Notes under the pieces: generated by a model
What the model was told of the DNA's origin: nothing
The model's input: only the letters and a program-made list of their open reading frames with translations
Database searches by the model: none
Source: an uncultured Chloroflexia bacterium
GTDB taxonomy: Bacteria; Chloroflexota; Limnocylindria; Limnocylindrales; CSP1-4
DNA: 64,000 bases
Direction: 5' to 3'
NCBI GenBank assembly: GCA_963703575.1
Contig: CAVPEU010000015.1
Location: 19,762-83,761, forward strand
Part shown: piece after piece, positions 10,657 to 20,092 of the stretch
How the letters are laid out: every line of letters starts with the position of its first letter
How positions within the stretch are numbered: the first letter of the stretch is position 1
Translations under genes and position numbers: made by a program

Positions 10657-11205
10657 TCAGGCCTTCACGGTGCGGCGGACCACGGACGGCGTCGCCTGCG
10701 CCGGGACGTGGGTCTGCTCCATGTGGCGGACCCCGCCGCCCGGTGACCGGGCGGCATCGTCTGCCAGGTAGAAATCCTTGCGCAGCGGGAAGCTGGTGTA
10801 GTCGGGCGGCATGTAGATCCGCCGCAGGTCGCGGTTGCCCTCGAAGATGATCCCGAACATGTCGTAGGTCTCGCGCTCCATCCACTCCGCGCCGGGCCAC
10901 AGGCCGGTGAGGGTGGGGATCCGCGGGTCGTCGCGCGGCATGCCGTCCGCGATCACCCGCAGCCAGTCCGCCGTGTTGGGCGACCAGAGGTGGTAGACGA
11001 CCTGCATGTGGGTGCCGGTGTCCACCCCGGCGAGGTCGGCGAGGATCTCGAACCCCAGCTGCGGGTCGTCGTGCAGCTCGCGCATCACCTCCGGCACGTC
11101 GGCCGGCCGGATCCGGATCTCGGTCTGGTCGTGGCGCTGGCGGACGGGGCCGGTGAGGCGCTCGCCGAACTGCGCCTCGAGGCGCTTGCGGAGGCTCCGG
11201 TCCAT
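10657..11205 (-). CDS. nuoC: NADH-quinone oxidoreductase subunit C
   Basis: Start at MDRSLRKRLEAQFG (ATG 11205-11203). NuoC motif WPGAEWMERETYDMFGIIFEGN. Confidence 0.9.
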   Translation of the reverse strand: MDRSLRKRLEAQFGERLTGPVRQRHDQTEIRIRPADVPEVMRELHDDPQLGFEILADLAGVDTGTHMQVVYHLWSPNTADWLRVIADGMPRDDPRIPTLTGLWPGAEWMERETYDMFGIIFEGNRDLRRIYMPPDYTSFPLRKDFYLADDAARSPGGGVRHMEQTHVPAQATPSVVRRTVKA

Positions 11206-11207
11206 GC

Positions 11208-11963
11208 CTAGACGTCCTCCGGCACGGTGGGGCCGATCGGGCGCTCGTGCCACTGGCCGCGCCGCTCCTTGACCAGCTGGCCCAGCTTCATCATCCCGTA
11301 GATCAGGCCCTCCGGGCGGGGTGGGCAGCCCGGCACGTAGACATCGACCGGCAGGACTCGGTCGATGCCCTCGATGGTGGAGTAGCTGCGCTTGTAGCGG
11401 CCGCCGGAGCACGTGCAATCGCCCATTGCCAGGGCCCATTTCGGCTCCGGCATCTCCTCCCACAGGCGGACCAGCGGGCCGGCCATCTTCGTGGTCAGGG
11501 TGCCGGCGACGATCAGGACGTCCGCCTGGCGGGGCGAGGCGCGGAACGGGAACATGCCCCAGCGGTCCATGTCGTTCCTGGACGTTGCGGCGGACATCAT
11601 CTCGATCGCGCAGCAGGCGAGCCCGGACAGCAGCGGCCACAGGCTGTTCATCCGGATCAGGTCCAGGACGACGTCCGCCCGGGTCGGGATCACCTCGAGG
11701 GCGCCCCAACGGGCGTTGTCCCTGACGACCAGCTCGGAGCCTTCCAGGTCGCGCAGGTGCGTGTGCTCGGTCGGCAGGCCGCCGCCGTACGCCTCGGGGC
11801 GCGTGGACGCCCACAGCGTGTTGGGCACGACGATCGGCCGGGTCAGGTCCTGCGGGCCCGCCGCGGCCAGGGACGTGGGACGCTCGCCGTCCCGGCCGGA
11901 TGCCTCGGGGCCGTCGCCCGGCCCGGGACCCGGGATCGCGTCCGGCCCGGGACCGGGGGTCAT
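11208..11963 (-). CDS. nuoB: NADH-quinone oxidoreductase subunit B, with a Pro/Gly-rich N-terminal extension
   Basis: NuoB core motifs [36 protein letters not shown] (N2 cluster cysteines). ATG at 11963 makes an ATGA overlap with nuoA; an alternative GTG lies at 11990. Confidence 0.9.
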   Translation of the reverse strand: MTPGPGPDAIPGPGPGDGPEASGRDGERPTSLAAAGPQDLTRPIVVPNTLWASTRPEAYGGGLPTEHTHLRDLEGSELVVRDNARWGALEVIPTRADVVLDLIRMNSLWPLLSGLACCAIEMMSAATSRNDMDRWGMFPFRASPRQADVLIVAGTLTTKMAGPLVRLWEEMPEPKWALAMGDCTCSGGRYKRSYSTIEGIDRVLPVDVYVPGCPPRPEGLIYGMMKLGQLVKERRGQWHERPIGPTVPEDV

Positions 11964-12349
11964 CGCCACGTGAGCACTCCCTTGCGCCACGCGTAGGCGA
12001 GGCCGATGAGCAGCACCGACACGAAGATCAGCATGCTCACGAAGCCGCCCAGGAGCACGTCGCGGAACACGAGCGCCCAGAGGTAGATGAACACCACCTC
12101 GATGTCGAAGGACACGAACAGGAGGGCGTAGATGTAGAACGAGATGCCGAACCGGGCGTGGGTGTCGCCGTAGGTGTCGATCCCCGACTCGTACGGGTAG
12201 CCCTTGTGGCGATCACCGCGGGTGCGGTGCGAGAGCAGCCACGCGAGCCCGATCGTCAGGAAGACGAACGAGACGCCGGCGATGGCGAACCCGACGACGT
12301 ACCAGATCCCGGTCACTTGGTCCTCGGCATCGAGCGTGGCCGGCCACAT
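11960..12349 (-). CDS. nuoA: NADH-quinone oxidoreductase subunit A
   Basis: Internal ATG at 12349 ([11 protein letters not shown]...). Three TM helices and the NuoA motif [37 protein letters not shown]. Confidence 0.85.
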   Translation of the reverse strand: MWPATLDAEDQVTGIWYVVGFAIAGVSFVFLTIGLAWLLSHRTRGDRHKGYPYESGIDTYGDTHARFGISFYIYALLFVSFDIEVVFIYLWALVFRDVLLGGFVSMLIFVSVLLIGLAYAWRKGVLTWR

Positions 12350-12420
12350 GGGGTCGGCGCCCGCTCGAAGTGCGGTTCCTGGGCAGCCGAGACCCCTGCT
12401 CGGGGTGGCACGGCTCCCGC

Positions 12421-12429
12421 ATTCTACCA
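12421..12429 (-). promoter_or_regulatory. Candidate extended -10 element (TGgTAGAAT) for the nuo operon
   Basis: Minus strand reads gcTGGTAGAATgcggg about 70 nt upstream of the nuoA ATG. No convincing -35 element. Confidence 0.3.
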
Positions 12430-12518
12430 GCGGCGCCCGGCGCACGATCCCTCCGCCCGAGTGTCCCCGGACCTGGTGGGAGCCGCCCGCCGCCCCTCCC
12501 CGACCGGCCCGCCGTCGT

Positions 12519-13733
12519 TCAGGCGCCCGGCCGCGCGAGGCGCCGGAGGCCGTCCAGCCCGGTCCCCGGCGGCAGCCCGCGGCCGAGCACGAGGACGCGG
12601 AACCCGCCCATCCCGCTCGTGTCCATCAGCCGCACCAGCGCGGACCGGAGCGCCAGCGCATCCTGGAGCGTGGCGCCCGGGCGCCGCAGGAACGTGTCGA
12701 CCAGGGCCCCGGAGCCCACCGCGGCCAGCAGCTCCGCCTGGGTCGTCTCCCCGAGGGGCTCCAGGCCGGCCCGGGCGGCCGCGGCGCGGACGGCCGCCAG
12801 GTCCACCGTGGCGGTGAGGTCCTGGCGGCCGACGTGGCGGAACGGGTCGCCGCCGACGGCGTGCCGCGCAAAGGCGCGAATGGTCCCCCTGCGACGCGTC
12901 GGGACGTGGAGCGCGGCCGGCTCCTGCGCGTAGTCCACGAGCACGACGACGCCCCGCTCCAGCCGGCGGATGGCGGCGGCGAGCCAGCCGTCGAGCGCGA
13001 GGCAGACCTCGGTCTCCTGGCCGTCCTCGAGCTCGACGCCTTCGTCCGCGAGGCGCCGCGCGAGGTCGGGGGTCGTGGGCGCCGCCTCCACGTGCACGAA
13101 GCGGCCATGCTCGAACCCGACGAGCAGCTCGTTCGGGCCGCCCGGGCGGCCGATCACGCGGTGGACGGGCAGCGCGTCGAGCACCTCGTTGGCGACGACG
13201 GCGCCCGTCTCCCCCGGTCCGTCCGGGGCCGTGTCCGTCGCCAGCTGCGCGGCCAATCCGTCGCCGGCCAGCCGCGCCTCGAACGCCGCCAGCCGCGCCG
13301 GCTCGATCTCGACCGGCCGGTACCGCACGGCGTCGAGCAGCGGCGAGCCGAGGTCGCGGAGGCCGCCCAGGAGGCCAGCCGCCAGGCTGCCCGAGCCCGC
13401 GCCCGGCTCCGAGATCGTGAACGGCGTCGGGCGGCCCAGGGCCTCCCACGCCTGTTCCAGCAGGCGGCCGATCGCCGCGCCGAAGATCGGGTGGGCATCG
13501 GGCGCGGTCAGGAAGTCGCCCTCCCGGCCCGGACCCGCGACCGGCCGGCGATAGTAGCCATGGTCAGGCTCGTACAAGGCTCGCTCCATGAACCGGGCGA
13601 AGGTGATCGGGCCGGTGGCCTCGATCTCGGCCCGCAGGCGCGCCACCAGCTCGGCATCCTCGCCGACGTCCTCGGGGTCCGGGAGCGTCTCACGGCGGTA
13701 CCCGGGCCGGAACGCGTCGCGGTCCTCGTTCAC
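12519..13733 (-). CDS. MidA/NDUFAF7-family SAM-dependent methyltransferase (DUF185)
   Basis: Motifs FARFMERALYEPDHGYY, GDFLTAPDAHPIFG, ISEPGAGSGSLAAGLL. GTG start at 13733 makes a GTGA overlap with the upstream gene. Confidence 0.85.
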   Translation of the reverse strand: MNEDRDAFRPGYRRETLPDPEDVGEDAELVARLRAEIEATGPITFARFMERALYEPDHGYYRRPVAGPGREGDFLTAPDAHPIFGAAIGRLLEQAWEALGRPTPFTISEPGAGSGSLAAGLLGGLRDLGSPLLDAVRYRPVEIEPARLAAFEARLAGDGLAAQLATDTAPDGPGETGAVVANEVLDALPVHRVIGRPGGPNELLVGFEHGRFVHVEAAPTTPDLARRLADEGVELEDGQETEVCLALDGWLAAAIRRLERGVVVLVDYAQEPAALHVPTRRRGTIRAFARHAVGGDPFRHVGRQDLTATVDLAAVRAAAARAGLEPLGETTQAELLAAVGSGALVDTFLRRPGATLQDALALRSALVRLMDTSGMGGFRVLVLGRGLPPGTGLDGLRRLARPGA

Positions 13734-14851
13734 GGCGTCGAGGCTCCCTGCGGCGGGCCCGACCAGCGAGGCGGACGGCCGGCCCGGAGGGCGAGGCGGA
13801 TGCCCGGCCCGACGAGCGAGTGGCCGCCGAGGAGGATCGGGACGGGCGCGTCCGCGGCGGCGGCCGTCAGCGCGCGGAGCCACGGGTCGTCGATCCGCTC
13901 GGGCAGCAGCAGGTCGCTCGCGAACCGGTCCCCGGGCGCGGGCCAGGCGAGCTCGCCGGCGCCCAGGCGGTGGGCCAGGAGCACGCGTGAGTCGATCAGC
14001 GCGCCGTCCGCGAGCGCGGCCACCTGGCGCCCGAGGCTGCCGGGCCCATCGCGGTCCAGCAGCTCGCCGAGGATGCTCCGGGGCGCGCGCCGGTTCCGGC
14101 CGCCGAGGAACGCGGCCGCGGATGCCGTGCGCAGCCCTCGCTCCTCGACCAGGGCGCGCGTCCGGGACCGGGTGTGGCGCTCCAGCCAGCGGAGGTCCGT
14201 GGCGGATGTCCGGCCGGCGACGAGGAGCTCCGCGCCGGGGTCCGCCGCCAGCCGCCGGAGCGCGGCCAGGCGATCCCGGGCGCGTGCGGCAACGTCATCG
14301 GCGAGGGGGGGCAGGAGCGGCGCCCCCCGCGTGTCCTCGAGCAGCAGCACGTCCAGCGGGGAGTCCAGGTCCATCGCCAGGCGCCGGCGGCCCGCCAGGT
14401 CCCGCACGGTCACCCCCGCCACCTCCGCCAGCCAGCGGGGGAGGGCGTTGTCGGACGGAAGGTCCGGGAGGTCGCGGAGCACGTCCGGGGCCATGGCGAT
14501 CGCGACGACGTCCGCGGAGTAGCGGTGGTTGGCGAGGGCCGCCGGCGTGGCGGCCGCGGCCGCTTCGACGAACCTGCGCCGGTCGTCGCGGGTCGCCAGC
14601 GGCAGCGCGCCCGCCCCCAGGACGACCAGGCCCTCCGGGCGCAGCTCCTCCACGAGCCGGCGGAGCCGGGCACCGAATGGGGTATCGTCGGGTGGCTCCC
14701 GCCGGACGACGGCCCTCGTCGCACCCGCCGCGAGGAACGCCGCGCGGTGATGCTCGGCCAGCGCGGTCCGGGCGGCGTCGAGCGCGCGCTCGAGCGGACC
14801 GGCATCGGTCGCGAGCGCGGGGGCGAGGATCAGGACGGTGACCGGGGCCAT
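13730..14851 (-). CDS. Hypothetical protein (373 aa), translationally coupled to the MidA-like gene
   Basis: Long ORF with a coding-like codon pattern. I recognise no family. Confidence 0.65.
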   Translation of the reverse strand: MAPVTVLILAPALATDAGPLERALDAARTALAEHHRAAFLAAGATRAVVRREPPDDTPFGARLRRLVEELRPEGLVVLGAGALPLATRDDRRRFVEAAAAATPAALANHRYSADVVAIAMAPDVLRDLPDLPSDNALPRWLAEVAGVTVRDLAGRRRLAMDLDSPLDVLLLEDTRGAPLLPPLADDVAARARDRLAALRRLAADPGAELLVAGRTSATDLRWLERHTRSRTRALVEERGLRTASAAAFLGGRNRRAPRSILGELLDRDGPGSLGRQVAALADGALIDSRVLLAHRLGAGELAWPAPGDRFASDLLLPERIDDPWLRALTAAAADAPVPILLGGHSLVGPGIRLALRAGRPPRWSGPPQGASTP

Positions 14852-14887
14852 GCACCCCCGAGTCTACCGACGCGGAGGTGACCCGCC

Positions 14888-15484
14888 GTGGGCCGGGTGC
14901 GCGCGTACATCGGGCTGGGGGCGAACGTCGGCGACGCGGCCGGCACGCTTGCGGCGGCCGTCCACGCCCTCGCGGCGCTGCCCGGCGTGCGCCTGCGCGG
15001 CGTCTCCCGGCTGTACGCGACCGAGCCGGTCGGGGTAGTGGACCAGCCCGAGTTCAGGAACGGGGTCGTGGCGCTCGACGTCCCGGGAGGGCGCGACCCC
15101 GCGGACCGGGCCGGCGCCCTGCTGGTAGCCCTCAAGGGGCTGGAGCGGGGGTTCGGGCGGCAGGCCCGCGGGCACTGGGGGCCGCGCGAGCTGGACCTTG
15201 ACCTGCTCGTCTTCGGACGCCACCGCCTGGACGTGGCGCGGCCGCCGGAGGGCCGGAGCGACGACCCGGCGAAGGCCGCCCTGCCGCTCGTGGTGCCCCA
15301 CGTCGAGGCGCGGCACCGGCTGTTCGTCCTGGCGCCGCTGTCCGACCTGGCGCCGGGCCTGGTGCCGCCGGGCTGGGGCGAGACCGTGGCGACGGCCGTC
15401 GCGCGGCGGCGCGCCGAGGAGGGACCGGCCGCCGCGCGGCCCATCGCCACCTGGGACGGCTCCGGCTGGCGCCCGCTGGGCTGA
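14888..15484 (+). CDS. folK: 2-amino-4-hydroxy-6-hydroxymethyldihydropteridine diphosphokinase
   Basis: AYIGLGANVGD, SRLYATEPVG, QPEFRNGVV and WGPRELDLDLL motifs. GTG start. Confidence 0.9.
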   Translation: MGRVRAYIGLGANVGDAAGTLAAAVHALAALPGVRLRGVSRLYATEPVGVVDQPEFRNGVVALDVPGGRDPADRAGALLVALKGLERGFGRQARGHWGPRELDLDLLVFGRHRLDVARPPEGRSDDPAKAALPLVVPHVEARHRLFVLAPLSDLAPGLVPPGWGETVATAVARRRAEEGPAAARPIATWDGSGWRPLG

Positions 15485-15489
15485 CCCCC

Positions 15490-15508
15490 CAGTCCGGGAA
15501 CCGGGCTG
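15490..15508. terminator. Possible bidirectional hairpin between convergent folK and glpX
   Basis: CAGTCCGG-gaa-CCGGGCTG, 8-bp stem including one G-U pair. No U-tract. Confidence 0.25.
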
Positions 15509-15513
15509 CGGAC

Positions 15514-16494
15514 CTACAGCCGGACCGCCGGCGGCCGCTCGCGATCGAACATGTGGACCGTGTCCACGAACCGGATCTGCTTCATCTGGTAGGCCATCAC
15601 CAGCGAGTGCGTCCGTGCGCCGCCGCCGAAGAAGCGGACGCCCTGGAGCAGCTCGCCCGGCGTCACGCCGGTCGCCGCGAACACGAGCTGATCGCCGGAC
15701 GCCAGGTCCTCGGTCCGGTAGACCCTGTCCTCGTCCGCGTGACCCATCATCTGGACGGCCCGCTCGCGCTCCTCGTCGTTGCGGAACCGGAACCGGGCCT
15801 GGATCTCGCCGCCCAGGCACCGGAGCGCCGCCGCCGTGATCACGCCCTCCGGGGCGCCACCGATGCCCATCACGGCATGCACCCCGGTGCCCTGGACAGC
15901 GCAGGCGATCGCCGCCGACAGGTCGCCGTCGCTGATGAGCTTGATCCGGGCGCCGGTCGAGCGGACCTCGGCGATCAGGTCGGCATGCCGCGGCCGGTCG
16001 AGGATGATCACCGTGATGTCCTCGACCTTGCGCCGGAGCGCCTCGGCGATCCGCCCGCAGTTCTCGGCCGGGGAGACGGTGATGTCCACCGCGCCGGCGG
16101 CCACCGGCCCGACGCACAGCTTCTCGAGGTACGTGTCCGGGGCGTTGGTCAGGCCGCCCTTCTCGGACGCGGCGAGGACCGTGATCGCGTTGCCCTGGCC
16201 GGTCGCGACGAGGTTCGTCCCCTCGAGCGGGTCCACGGCGATGTCCACGGCGTTCGCGCTGCCGCCGCCGGGCCGCCCCACCTGCTCGCCGATGTACAGC
16301 ATCGGCGCCTCGTCCCGCTCACCCTCGCCGATCACGATCGTGCCCGCGATGTCGGTCTCGTCCATCGTCCGGCGCATCGCCTCGACGGCGGCACGGTCCG
16401 CCCCGTCGCGCTCGCCACGGCCCATGAACCGCGCGGATGCGATGGCGGCGGCCTCGGTGACCCTGACCATCTCGAGCGCCAGAAGCTGTTCCAT
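15514..16494 (-). CDS. glpX: Class II fructose-1,6-bisphosphatase
   Basis: Start at [17 protein letters not shown] (ATG 16494). GlpX motifs [30 protein letters not shown]. Confidence 0.9.
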   Translation of the reverse strand: MEQLLALEMVRVTEAAAIASARFMGRGERDGADRAAVEAMRRTMDETDIAGTIVIGEGERDEAPMLYIGEQVGRPGGGSANAVDIAVDPLEGTNLVATGQGNAITVLAASEKGGLTNAPDTYLEKLCVGPVAAGAVDITVSPAENCGRIAEALRRKVEDITVIILDRPRHADLIAEVRSTGARIKLISDGDLSAAIACAVQGTGVHAVMGIGGAPEGVITAAALRCLGGEIQARFRFRNDEERERAVQMMGHADEDRVYRTEDLASGDQLVFAATGVTPGELLQGVRFFGGGARTHSLVMAYQMKQIRFVDTVHMFDRERPPAVRL

Positions 16495-16562
16495 GCGGCG
16501 AGTCCCTCCTCGGGTGGCTCGGGAAGCGTGACCTCCGCGGGGCGGAGGGCTCCAGGTCGGTC

Positions 16563-18110
16563 TCAGTGGCGGAAATGGCGTCTGCCGGTGAACACCATGG
16601 CGAGGTGGTGGCGGTCGGCGACCTCGATCGCCATCTCGTCCCGGATCGAGCCGCCGGGCTGGATGATCGCGGTGATGCCGGCGTTGGCGGCGATCTGGAT
16701 CCCGTCGGGGAACGGGAAGTAGGCGTCCGCGGCCATGACGGAGAGCTTCGCCCGGGCCCCCGCCCGCCGGAGCGCGATGTCCACCGACGTGTTCCGGCTC
16801 GCCTGCGCGGCGCCGATGCCGATCGTCGCGGCGTTCCGCACCAGCACGATCGCGTTGCTGCGCACGTGGCGCACGGCTCGCCATGCGAACAGCAGGTCGG
16901 TCAGTTCGCCCAGTGTCGGGTGGCGCCGGGTCACGACCTGCAGCTGGCCGCGATCCAGGTCCAGCGCGTCGAGCCCCTCGACCAGCAGCCCGCCACCGAC
17001 GCGCTTGAAATCCAGGTTGGCGATGCCGTAGTCGCGCATGCCGTCGGTCGGGGACGGCGGGATGGCCAGCAGCTCCAGCCCGGGCCGAGCCCGCAGGATG
17101 CCGAGCGCCGCCTCCGAGAAGCCCGGGGCGACGATGGCCTCGTAGGAGTTGGCCGCGATCTCGCGGGCCGTGGCCCCGTCCAGCTCCCGGTTGACGCCGA
17201 CGATGCCGCCGAAGGACGCGACGGGATCCGTCTCGAGCGCCTTTCGATACGCCTCCACGAGCTCGTCCGCGGTGGCGATCCCGACCGGATCCGTGTGCTT
17301 GACGATCGCCACCGTCGGCGAGGTGTAGTCCGTCGCGATCCGGTAGGCGGCGTCGAGGTCGAGCAGGTTGTTGAACGTCGGGGGCGTCCCGGCGAGCTGG
17401 GTCGCGTCGGCGAGCGAGCCGGACCGGTGCGTCGTCTCCCGGTAGAACGCCGCCCGCTGGTGCGGGTTCTCGCCGTACGGCAGGTCGGCCACCTTCTCGA
17501 GCACCAGGGCCAGGCGCTGGGGGTAGATGTTGCCCGAGATCTGGTTGAGGTAGGCGGCGATCTCCGCGTAGTAGGCGGCCACCGTGCTGTAGGTGTCAGC
17601 GGCGAGCCGGTAGCGGGTGTCCGCCGAGACCTGGCCCAGCGAGCGCATCTCCTCGAGCACGATCGGGTAGTGCTCGGGCCGGCAGACGGCGGTCACGCCG
17701 GCGGCGTTGCGGGCCGCCGCCCCGAGCAGCGCGGCGCCGCCGATGTCGATCATCTCGATCGCCTCGTCGATGCCGATGTGGCCGCGCCCGACCTCGGGCG
17801 CGAACGGCTTGACGTTGACGACGACGAGGTCGATCAGGCCGATCCCGTGCTCCGCGAGCTGGTCCAGCTGCTCCTGGACGTCGCGACGGGCGAGGATCCC
17901 GGCGTAGATCGCGGGATGGAACGTGCGGACCTGTCCGCCCACCAGCGGCGGGACGGCCGTCAGGTCGCCGACCGACGCGGCCTCGATGCCGTCCGCGGCC
18001 AGGTGCTCGCGGGTGCCGTCGGTGGCGTAGAGCTCAACGCCCAGGCGCTGCAGCTCGCGGGCGAATCCGGAGAGCCCCTCGCGGTTGGCGACCGACAGCA
18101 GTGCACGCAC
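16563..18110 (-). CDS. purH: Bifunctional AICAR formyltransferase / IMP cyclohydrolase
   Basis: 515-aa ORF ([13 protein letters not shown]..., [12 protein letters not shown]-like, C-terminal FTGRRHFRH). GTG start. Confidence 0.95.
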   Translation of the reverse strand: MRALLSVANREGLSGFARELQRLGVELYATDGTREHLAADGIEAASVGDLTAVPPLVGGQVRTFHPAIYAGILARRDVQEQLDQLAEHGIGLIDLVVVNVKPFAPEVGRGHIGIDEAIEMIDIGGAALLGAAARNAAGVTAVCRPEHYPIVLEEMRSLGQVSADTRYRLAADTYSTVAAYYAEIAAYLNQISGNIYPQRLALVLEKVADLPYGENPHQRAAFYRETTHRSGSLADATQLAGTPPTFNNLLDLDAAYRIATDYTSPTVAIVKHTDPVGIATADELVEAYRKALETDPVASFGGIVGVNRELDGATAREIAANSYEAIVAPGFSEAALGILRARPGLELLAIPPSPTDGMRDYGIANLDFKRVGGGLLVEGLDALDLDRGQLQVVTRRHPTLGELTDLLFAWRAVRHVRSNAIVLVRNAATIGIGAAQASRNTSVDIALRRAGARAKLSVMAADAYFPFPDGIQIAANAGITAIIQPGGSIRDEMAIEVADRHHLAMVFTGRRHFRH

Positions 18111-18274
18111 CTTGCGTGGGTCCTCCCTCCGGGCGTCCGGTCCGGCGCCCCGTGCACGGCCAAGTCCGGGGACGTGTCCCCGGACGCTCCGGGCGGGCGC
18201 GTTCAGGCGCGAGTATATCGTGGCGCCGTGGCATACTCGGACGGCCCAAGTCCCGGCCGGACCGCCCGGCAGCC

Positions 18275-18721
18275 GTGGAGACCAAACGCGTGCAGCTCTT
18301 CCCCTGGGAATACCTGTTCCGCTCGTTCAACAAGCACAACTTCCCGGACCTGTACAACCCGCTCTGGATCGCGTCGCTCGTGATGCTGATCGCGACCGTC
18401 GTGTTCTACAACGTGCGGACCCGCCAGCTGCACCGGCACAAGGTGTACCTGGAGATGTACGAGTGGCTCCTGTGGACAGGGATCATCGTGTTCAGCCTGA
18501 TGCTGGTGTACACGGTCTTCCAGTTCGACTGGGTCATCGTCCTGGCCACGCTGGTGATCGGCCTGGGCACGCTGGCGTGGGTCCGCTTCGTCCGGTTCCC
18601 GCCCTACTTCCGGGCGTACGAGCGCCAGCTCGCCAAGCAGCGCTACTACTCGCGCGACCGGTTCTCCAAGCCCGAATCCACGATTCGGACGAAGTCCACG
18701 CGCCGGCGCCGGCGCCGCTGA
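18275..18721 (+). CDS. Small membrane protein with an Arg-rich C-terminus
   Basis: Part of the 18101..18721 ORF. Hydrophobic helices begin after VETKRVQLFPWEY. The GTG start at 18275 is my guess. Confidence 0.55.
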   Translation: METKRVQLFPWEYLFRSFNKHNFPDLYNPLWIASLVMLIATVVFYNVRTRQLHRHKVYLEMYEWLLWTGIIVFSLMLVYTVFQFDWVIVLATLVIGLGTLAWVRFVRFPPYFRAYERQLAKQRYYSRDRFSKPESTIRTKSTRRRRRR

Positions 18722-18736
18722 CGGGGACGGTGCGCC

Positions 18737-19231
18737 GTGCCGATCGAGGTCCGGCGGTTCGGCGTCGGGCACCGGCGACCCGAGGGGCCGGCCGGTACGG
18801 CCGGCATCGAGGGGCAGGTCATCGAGAGCGGCGGCTCCGGGGTCATCACGGAGCTGGCGTTCGGCCGGCGGGCGCGGATCGCCCCCCACACCAACCCCAG
18901 CACCACGTACTTCCTCGTGATCGAGGGCGGCGGCTGGGTCGGCGTGGGCGACGAGCGGACGCGCGTGACGGCGGGCGAGGCGGTCGTCTGGCCCCCGCAC
19001 GAGCTGCACGCGGCCTGGACGGACGGGGCACCGATGCGGGCGATCGTGGTGGAGCTCGCCGCCCCGACCCCCGCGCTTCCCGGCGCGGTCGAGGGAGCGG
19101 CACGGGGGATCGCCCCGGGCGCGGCAAGCGTCGGCCGCGTCGGGCGAGGCGAGGGTGGGCTTGCGCCGCGCCCGGTGGGCCGGTCCGTCCGCGACCCCTC
19201 GCCCGGCGCCGACGAAGGCGAGCCGATCTAG
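18737..19231 (+). CDS. Cupin domain protein
   Basis: HTNPSTTYFLVIEGGGWVGVGDERTRVTAGEAVVWPPHELH resembles a cupin two-motif core. GTG start. Confidence 0.65.
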   Translation: MPIEVRRFGVGHRRPEGPAGTAGIEGQVIESGGSGVITELAFGRRARIAPHTNPSTTYFLVIEGGGWVGVGDERTRVTAGEAVVWPPHELHAAWTDGAPMRAIVVELAAPTPALPGAVEGAARGIAPGAASVGRVGRGEGGLAPRPVGRSVRDPSPGADEGEPI

Positions 19232-19422
19232 CCTGGGCGCGATCCCGGCCTGTTCATCATGTGGGCAGCGGTCACAGCGATCCTCATCGGCGGCGCGATC
19301 GGCATCATCGCGATCGCGGTCCGACTCGGCACCCGCCGGTAGATCGCGCGGTCCCTGCCGTTCCGGGACGGCTTGCAGAACCTGGCTGCCGCCGCGGCCG
19401 GCCCGTGCCGCCCGATCGGCGG

Positions 19423-20067
19423 TCACGCCTCCGCGGCGAGGTGGGCGCCGAGACCGCCCAGGACGCGGGCGGTCATCCCCCACACGTTGAGGCCATCGAT
19501 CGGATAGGCCGCATAGCGGAGCTGCCAGCCCGGGACCTCGCGCTCGACGCGGACCAGCGGCGCGTCGGGCAGGAACGCCCGCACCGGCGCCTCCAGGATG
19601 GCGGCGACCTCCGTGGGCTGCGCGACGAGGACCGGGTGCCTCGCCGCGACGGCGACGACCGGCGTCACGCGGAAGTTGCTCACCGGGATCCACTGGACGG
19701 GCAGCGTCCCGATCACCCGCACGCCGGCCTGCGCGGCATCGAGGCCCACTTCCTCGGCCGCCTCGCGCAGGGCGGTCGCGACGAGGTCCTCGTCCTCCGG
19801 CTCGGCGCTGCCGCCGGGAAACGACACCTCGCCCGAGTGATGCCCGCCCCGGTCCGCCCGTTCGGTCAGCACGATCCGTGCCTCGCCCTCCTCGCCCGGG
19901 AACACGAGCACGAGCACGGCCGCCAGGCGGCCCGATCCGGCCGGCTCCCACCCGGGTCGTGGCTGCGGGCCGCCGGTCGCGCGGAGCACCGGCAGCAGCG
20001 CCGTGGGCCCGTCGGGGAGGATCTCCGGCAGGACATCGAGCCGGCGGACGGCGTCCTCGAAGCGCAT
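19423..20067 (-). CDS. NUDIX hydrolase (CoA pyrophosphatase-like)
   Basis: Nudix box GEVSFPGGSAEPEDEDLVATALREAAEEVGL. Confidence 0.85.
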   Translation of the reverse strand: MRFEDAVRRLDVLPEILPDGPTALLPVLRATGGPQPRPGWEPAGSGRLAAVLVLVFPGEEGEARIVLTERADRGGHHSGEVSFPGGSAEPEDEDLVATALREAAEEVGLDAAQAGVRVIGTLPVQWIPVSNFRVTPVVAVAARHPVLVAQPTEVAAILEAPVRAFLPDAPLVRVEREVPGWQLRYAAYPIDGLNVWGMTARVLGGLGAHLAAEA

Positions 20068-20092
20068 CGGGCGTCGGAGATCGCGGGGCGCG

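Noticed and set aside
18111-18274. ZTP (pfl) riboswitch upstream of purH
   Set aside because: I could not find the conserved CCGCCUGGGC 3' element or the 5' sub-domain consensus by eye. Only a simple palindrome is present.
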